Shown here: in pieces, positions 59,041 to 64,000 of the stretch
How positions within the stretch are numbered: the first letter of the stretch is position 1
Layout of the letters: the number at the start of each line of letters is the position of its first letter
NCBI GenBank assembly: GCA_964270895.1
Contig: OZ185436.1
DNA from: Podarcis filfolensis
Taxonomy: Eukaryota
DNA: 64,000 nucleotides
Reading direction: 5' to 3' (one strand)
Notes under the pieces: model-generated
The model's database searches: none
Told to the model about the DNA's origin: nothing
The model's input: the letters and a program-made list of their open reading frames with translations, nothing else
Program-made: the position numbers and the translations under genes

Positions 59041-60464
59041 GCTCTGCTCCAGCTCCCCCGACTCGCAGAAATGGTGCAGGTAGTGACTAAAGTCAGGGCT
59101 TCTTTTTGTGATCATGGTCAGGTTTCGGAATGATCTCCCTAATCTGCTAGCATTTAGGCACCGGCTAAATAAAACATTTTGCTCTCATGCTTTTAATAGG
59201 TGGGAATCCTATGGGACTTCAGATGCTGTTGGGCTACAACATCCCTCATCCCGGTCTACTGGTCAGTAGGCTGATGGGAGTTGGAGTCCAACAACAATTG
59301 ACACCCCCCCCAATTTAATTAATTATGAACTACCTCTTCCTTCACTATTTTTACTTTTAGTTTTCTAGCATAGCGTTGTAAGGATTTCTTTCAATAGTTT
59401 ATCATTCATTGTTTCAATATTTTACTCTGTTCCATATTTTGCCATTCTTCTTGTTAGCTGCCTTGACAGATTTATTCTGAACGATGGAGACAAAAATGTC
59501 TACAGCAGACAAACAAATGGCTAGAGGCTGGTTCCCTGTTGTCAATGCTTAGACTTTACAAAACGGTCAACAAGCAGGGTAACAACAACACAAATCATCA
59601 AAACCATGTAATGATGACAAGCTTACAGACTGTCCTAAAATGTAATGTACCATTTCAGTGATGCTGGAACCACCTGGAAATCCACATCATTCAGTTTGTT
59701 CAGATAATTTTGGGGTTATTTTCCTTCACTGGAACACAGCCTGACTGTTGGCTCTAGAGTGATCAACTGTCTCACATTTGAAGGGATATTTCTTATTCTA
59801 TAGGACTGTCCTTCATTTCCTCATTTCTGAGCCTCACAGCTCTTTACTGAAGTAATGAAAATAGACTCCAGACGAGCCTCTTTTTTTATATATTAAAAAA
59901 TAGCTTGATCTGACAAGTGGCCTGCAGTGAAGTAGAGGAGCCAATGAAATGGCTTTATGCTTGGATGAGTTGCTGTGAATTGTGTTGAGCCTCAGAAATG
60001 GAATTCATTTTAATTGTTATGCTTTTCCTAAGCCACTGGAATCTACTTGCTCGTTTCCAACTCAGTGAAACAAAAAAGGTTCAAATAGTTGTGAGACCTA
60101 TATATACCTGCAACATCAGTTCTCTGCACTTGTATTTTATAATATTTCTTGATTTCCACATAGGAATCTTACAGGTTTGAAAGAATGTTGCTATAGGCAA
60201 CAGACCATGAGAAAGGGTGAGGTGGTAGGGTGGAGAAGCCTGGGTGTGCCTTGGCTTCTCTGATACATTGCTAACAAGACACAATTAAGCTTGAAATGCA
60301 TGAATAGTAATTATAATATATTTGTCTAACAAATACATCATCAATGAAGTCGATGCACAGCAGATCAAGTGGTTAGGTGATATCAGTTGAAGCAGTGTAT
60401 CAAGTATTGCAATTCCACCAAGAAAGGGTCAGGGAATTGCATTATCTTATTTACATGAAAAGTA

Positions 60465-60796
60465 AGTAGCTCAGTGGTAGAGTCACAGTTTTATACACAG
60501 AAGGTGCCAGTTTCAATCCTTGGCATCTCCAAGAAGGGCTGGAAATGTCCTCCGCCTGAAATCCTGGGAAGTCACTGCCAGTCACTGCAGACCAGGCTTC
60601 CTCAAACTCGGCCCTCCAGTTGTTTTTGGCCTACAACTCCCATGATCCCTAGCTAGCAGGACCAGTGGTCAGGGATGATGGAAATTGTAGTCTCAAAACA
60701 TCTGGAGGGCCGAGGTTGAGGAAGCCTGCTGTAGACAGTACTGATCCAGTGGGACCAATGGTCTGACTCAGAATATGTCAGCTTCCTGTGTTCCTA
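60465..60796 (+). mobile_element. tRNA-derived SINE (AnoSINE2/Squam2-like), interrupted by a MITE
   Basis: A-box tagctcagtgg, B-box-like gtttcaatcc, tail ...ggaccaatggtctgactcag...cagcttcctgtgttccta. Confidence 0.8.
60593..60728. mobile_element. 136-bp hAT MITE nested in the SINE
   Basis: TIRs caggcttcctcaa / ttgaggaagcctg; 8-bp TSD ctgcagac/ctgtagac. Confidence 0.92.
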
Positions 60797-61112
60797 GTAA
60801 TTAGTAGTAATATCTAAGTATTCATTTAGTGATAATAGCTTAATTAAAAATAGTTTAAAGTTTAATAATAGTTAATTTAGGCTTATAGCTCTTATAGAAG
60901 TAGAGACTGAAAAATAATCTCTGCCTACACTGCATTATTTTAAAAACAGAACTCCAGAAAGAGGACACTGCTTATCACTGAAGCAACATGTATATTGCTA
61001 ACCTTTCATCGCCAAAAGCCTATTTCATCAAAGGCACAAAGTGGACAATAAAAAAACATATTTTTTTTGGCTCAACATGCACATTGTATTGAATTATATT
61101 AAAGACTCAGAC

Positions 61113-61237
61113 CAGCCTCTGCCAACCTGGTGCTCTCCATATATTGTTGCCTACAAAACCCATCAGGCTGTGCCGGCTGCGGCTGATGGGAGTTGTAGTC
61201 CAACACCATCTGGAAGGCTCCAGGTTGGTAAAGTCTG
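61113..61237. mobile_element. Palindromic hAT-like MITE
   Basis: Ends cagcctctgccaacctgg / ccaggttggtaaagtctg; flanks actcagac/acttagaa (6/8). Confidence 0.75.
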
Positions 61238-63005
61238 ACTTAGAACATTTTGAATAATTTCTTTCTACATTTCTCTTTGTTCAAACTTATGGTGCCTTAT
61301 CAATTAGGTAGTAGGCAGATTCAGACTTTCTTTTTTTACTGGCTTTTGACTATGTATTGGGAATCAAATGGTCACAGACTGAAGAGGCCCAGTGCATTAA
61401 GGTTTCTGTGGTTTGTTAGACATGCTAGGCTACAGTTTCTTCAGCAAGTGTTGGCTGTGAATCCAACATACCCCTGCTTCACACAACCTTCTGCCATTCA
61501 ATCCCCACTCTACGGTGCCTGAAAAAATGTTAATATCGGAAACTATTTATCTGAATCCAGTCAATGAGCCTTAAATTCCACACATGGAACAGCCATGTAC
61601 TTATAGAAAAACAACTATCAAAAGAAAACAACATAGGCATAGAAAAAAATAACCAACTGACCTGTGATGTTAATATGTATAATTGTCTCTTTGGTAACTC
61701 CAAGTAAGTGCTATTCGTTTGGTCTTTCTATTTCAGAGATGAACTTCCTGAAAGAAAAGAGAGAACTGTGAATGGCCAAGGAATGATTCTTTGCTAGAGC
61801 AGGGATAACTGGGTGTGTATCTCATGCAGGATGTCACTGTGCATCCTGAGTTGGGTGTGTGACAAATCATAACTCTGTGTCGAGTAATCTGAGATCAGCT
61901 GTTGTAGGCAACCACCTGACTCACAACAGCTGGTGCAGTTTCAGTTCACCATGATCTGAGTGGGCAAGACTGTTGTGATTTTGCTATCATTGGGAGCATA
62001 GGACATGAGAGCGGGGTGGGGTGGGTGTTAGAGAGACTGAAGCTATCTAGCAACTGCTGCTGGCCTGGCTCTGAGTGCTCTCCACTGGCATCCCTGTTGC
62101 TTTCAGTGGCAATCTAAAACTGGCTCATGGGAACCAGCAGTTACAGTGCTTGAGGCTGATTGTATGCAAATAACTGGCTAGGTGTTGCCAGTCACAAGGA
62201 AAAGTTGGTAAGTGTCCTTGCCTTTCCAGAAAGCCATTTTCAATGGGGTTTGGGGAAAAATGATATTTTTTCTGGTGTTATGGGCATGGAGTCACACCAC
62301 AGTGACGCAGACTCCAAACAAGAAGACAGACAACAGAAAGTGAATGCTGATAGAGGAGAGAAGGAGTGGGCTCAGGCTCTGCAAGACTGGTCACAGTCTG
62401 CCAGTGGTCATGGGGCACTGACCATTTTCTTCCTAAGGACAAGTCCCCAATGCTCTTTAGGCCCCAAGACTCTTGAGGTCTGAGCCTCAGGAGACCAGTC
62501 ACCTGACAATATCAGGAGTATAGATTCAAATTTAAGTGAAGAAAATCTCATTACATTACAGAACCACTGAGATAGCAACTGTAGGAACTCCCAGACATTG
62601 GATTAGCATTAATGCACACCACTTCATGTACAGCCAACCAATAATAGCTTTATATCCCTTCTTGGACACAAAAGCCCAAAGGAGGAAATGCAAATGGGGT
62701 GGCAGGAGATTGTGGTTTTGTTTGCATCTAGTCTTCCTAACATGCCAAATGTTGAGAACTGGATAAAATGACACATAAGGGCAGCACGTTATTGCATGTC
62801 TCTTTTACAGTGAAAGGCTGGGAGGTACCTAGTTATTAGCTGCTACAATGATACTGAGTTTATTTCCTGTTTTCAGTGCCTTAGGAGATGGCATGCAAAT
62901 ATATCTTCTGACTCTACTGCTACCACACATTCATGTCCAGATCATATGGGGAAATTGGGAAGAGTGGTTATCAGAGATGTGCTCCCAAGAGAAAGTATAG
63001 TGGGC

Positions 63006-63140
63006 AATGCTATTTTTCCAGAGAAAGAGGTGCCAGAAGTCACCATGAACACCATCCTCGTTCTCTTAGAATAGCAATGGTGCCTACCTGAGAGGTGCCA
63101 GAACTGAGCTCCAGAGAGTTTTGTCTGGGGAAAAGCCCTG
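63006..63140. mobile_element. hAT-like MITE
   Basis: aatgctatttttccagagaaagaggtgcc...gaggtgccagaac...ggaaaagccctg. Confidence 0.65.
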
Positions 63141-63383
63141 ATAATGGGCCTAGAGAGGAAGAAGCTTTGTGTGCTTCAGCAGTTTCATGCGTTCAAATTC
63201 AGTATGGATGCAGATCTTAACATCTAGGAGACTGGTTTGTGGGACCTTTGAGTCCCAGGCCCCAGGCTGTGCATGGCTTTAAATATTATAATCAGCTCTT
63301 TGAATTGTGTCCAGAAACATATAGAAAGCCAGTAAAGCTGAGGAGGCATGTTTTGACTGGCCAGTTCCAGTCACTACTCCTGT

Positions 63384-63546
63384 AAGGTAAGGTAAAGGAC
63401 CCTGGATGGTTAAGTCCAGTCAAAGGCGACTAAGGGATGTGGTGCTCATCTTGCTGTCCACAGACAGTCATGTGTCAGCATGACTAAACCGCTTCGGGTG
63501 CAATGAAACACTGTGGTGGAAGCCAGAGTGCACGGAAACGCTGTTT
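63384..63546 (-). mobile_element. 5'-truncated, internally deleted Sauria SINE
   Basis: Reverse tail aaggtaaggtaaaggaccc and body gcatgactaaaccgcttc...cacggaaacgctgttt; 11-bp TSD actactcctgt (63373-63383, 63547-63557). Confidence 0.9.
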
Positions 63547-63761
63547 ACTACTCCTGTGACTGTATTCTGGCACCAATTGCAGCAGTAGTTTTCAAAAAGA
63601 CAGACCCATTTACAACATGGGTTCCATTGAACATTTCTTTTTAAAAATGGTTTGCCTTATGTGGAGTGTCATTTTGACTTCCCTCTCCCAAATTGTGAGG
63701 GCTAGGGGATAAATTTGGGAGGTTTTTTTGGAGGGGATCCGGCATTTACCATCTAATTTTG

Positions 63762-63916
63762 CTGCTTCCTCCTTTGAGCCAGGAGCAGTGTACCTGTAGC
63801 CCTCCATATATTTTAAGACTACAATTCCCATCATCCCTGACCACTCATCCTGCTAGCTAGGGATCATGGGAGTTGTAGGCCAAAAACATCTGGAGGGCTG
63901 AGGTTGAGGAAGCCTG
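63762..63916. mobile_element. Second copy of the 60593 MITE, opposite orientation, left TIR disrupted
   Basis: gactacaattcccatcatccctgaccact..tcctgctagctagggatcatgggagttgtaggccaaaaacatctggagggc.gaggttgaggaagcctg. Confidence 0.85.
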
Positions 63917-64000
63917 GTGTAGCCTTTCCAATGTTGCTAGACTCCAACTCCCAGGGGCAAATAGGAGTCCATCAACTTCCAGAGCAACAGGGGTCACCCA

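Noticed and set aside
60465-60530. tRNA-like sequence with A and B boxes
   Set aside because: No complete cloverleaf; it continues into a SINE body.
48000-64000. PRKCD, expected downstream of TKT from human synteny
   Set aside because: No kinase, C1 or C2 domain exons were found; the exons present encode TMEM40.
1-64000. CRISPR arrays, rRNA or tRNA genes, NUMTs, intact transposase/RT/retroviral ORFs
   Set aside because: None seen; all repeats are vertebrate-type, non-autonomous or fragmentary.

Overview
Vertebrate genomic DNA, most likely from a lacertid lizard (Podarcis-like). This is inferred from Sauria SINEs, squamate CR1/L2 fragments and lacertid-type Tigger/hAT MITEs. It has three protein-coding genes, assembled by hand from splice signals and remembered mammalian orthologues. 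(1) The last three coding exons and a ~4.6 kb 3'UTR of DCP1A (+). (2) A complete 14-exon transketolase TKT (+; 12645-47653; 1884 nt CDS, 627 aa) with a CpG-island promoter. (3) A convergent TMEM40 orthologue (-; ~51356-58547), whose C-terminal six to seven exons are well supported and whose N-terminal exons are tentative. Introns and intergenic DNA are rich in SINEs, LINE fragments, MITEs (several with target-site duplications), a probable solo LTR and microsatellites. I found no evidence of a wholly new multi-gene system. The best second-look items are two near-perfect fold-back hairpins in TKT introns, a full-consensus NRF2 ARE in TKT intron 4, a cluster of MiT/TFE-USF M-boxes in TMEM40, a (GTAT)7 microsatellite fused to a TKT splice donor next to a hairpin-rich Tigger element, a sense-oriented LTR-like gene-trap cassette, and TKT-TMEM40 adjacency that differs from human. 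No searches were run; all homology calls come from memory and need checking.
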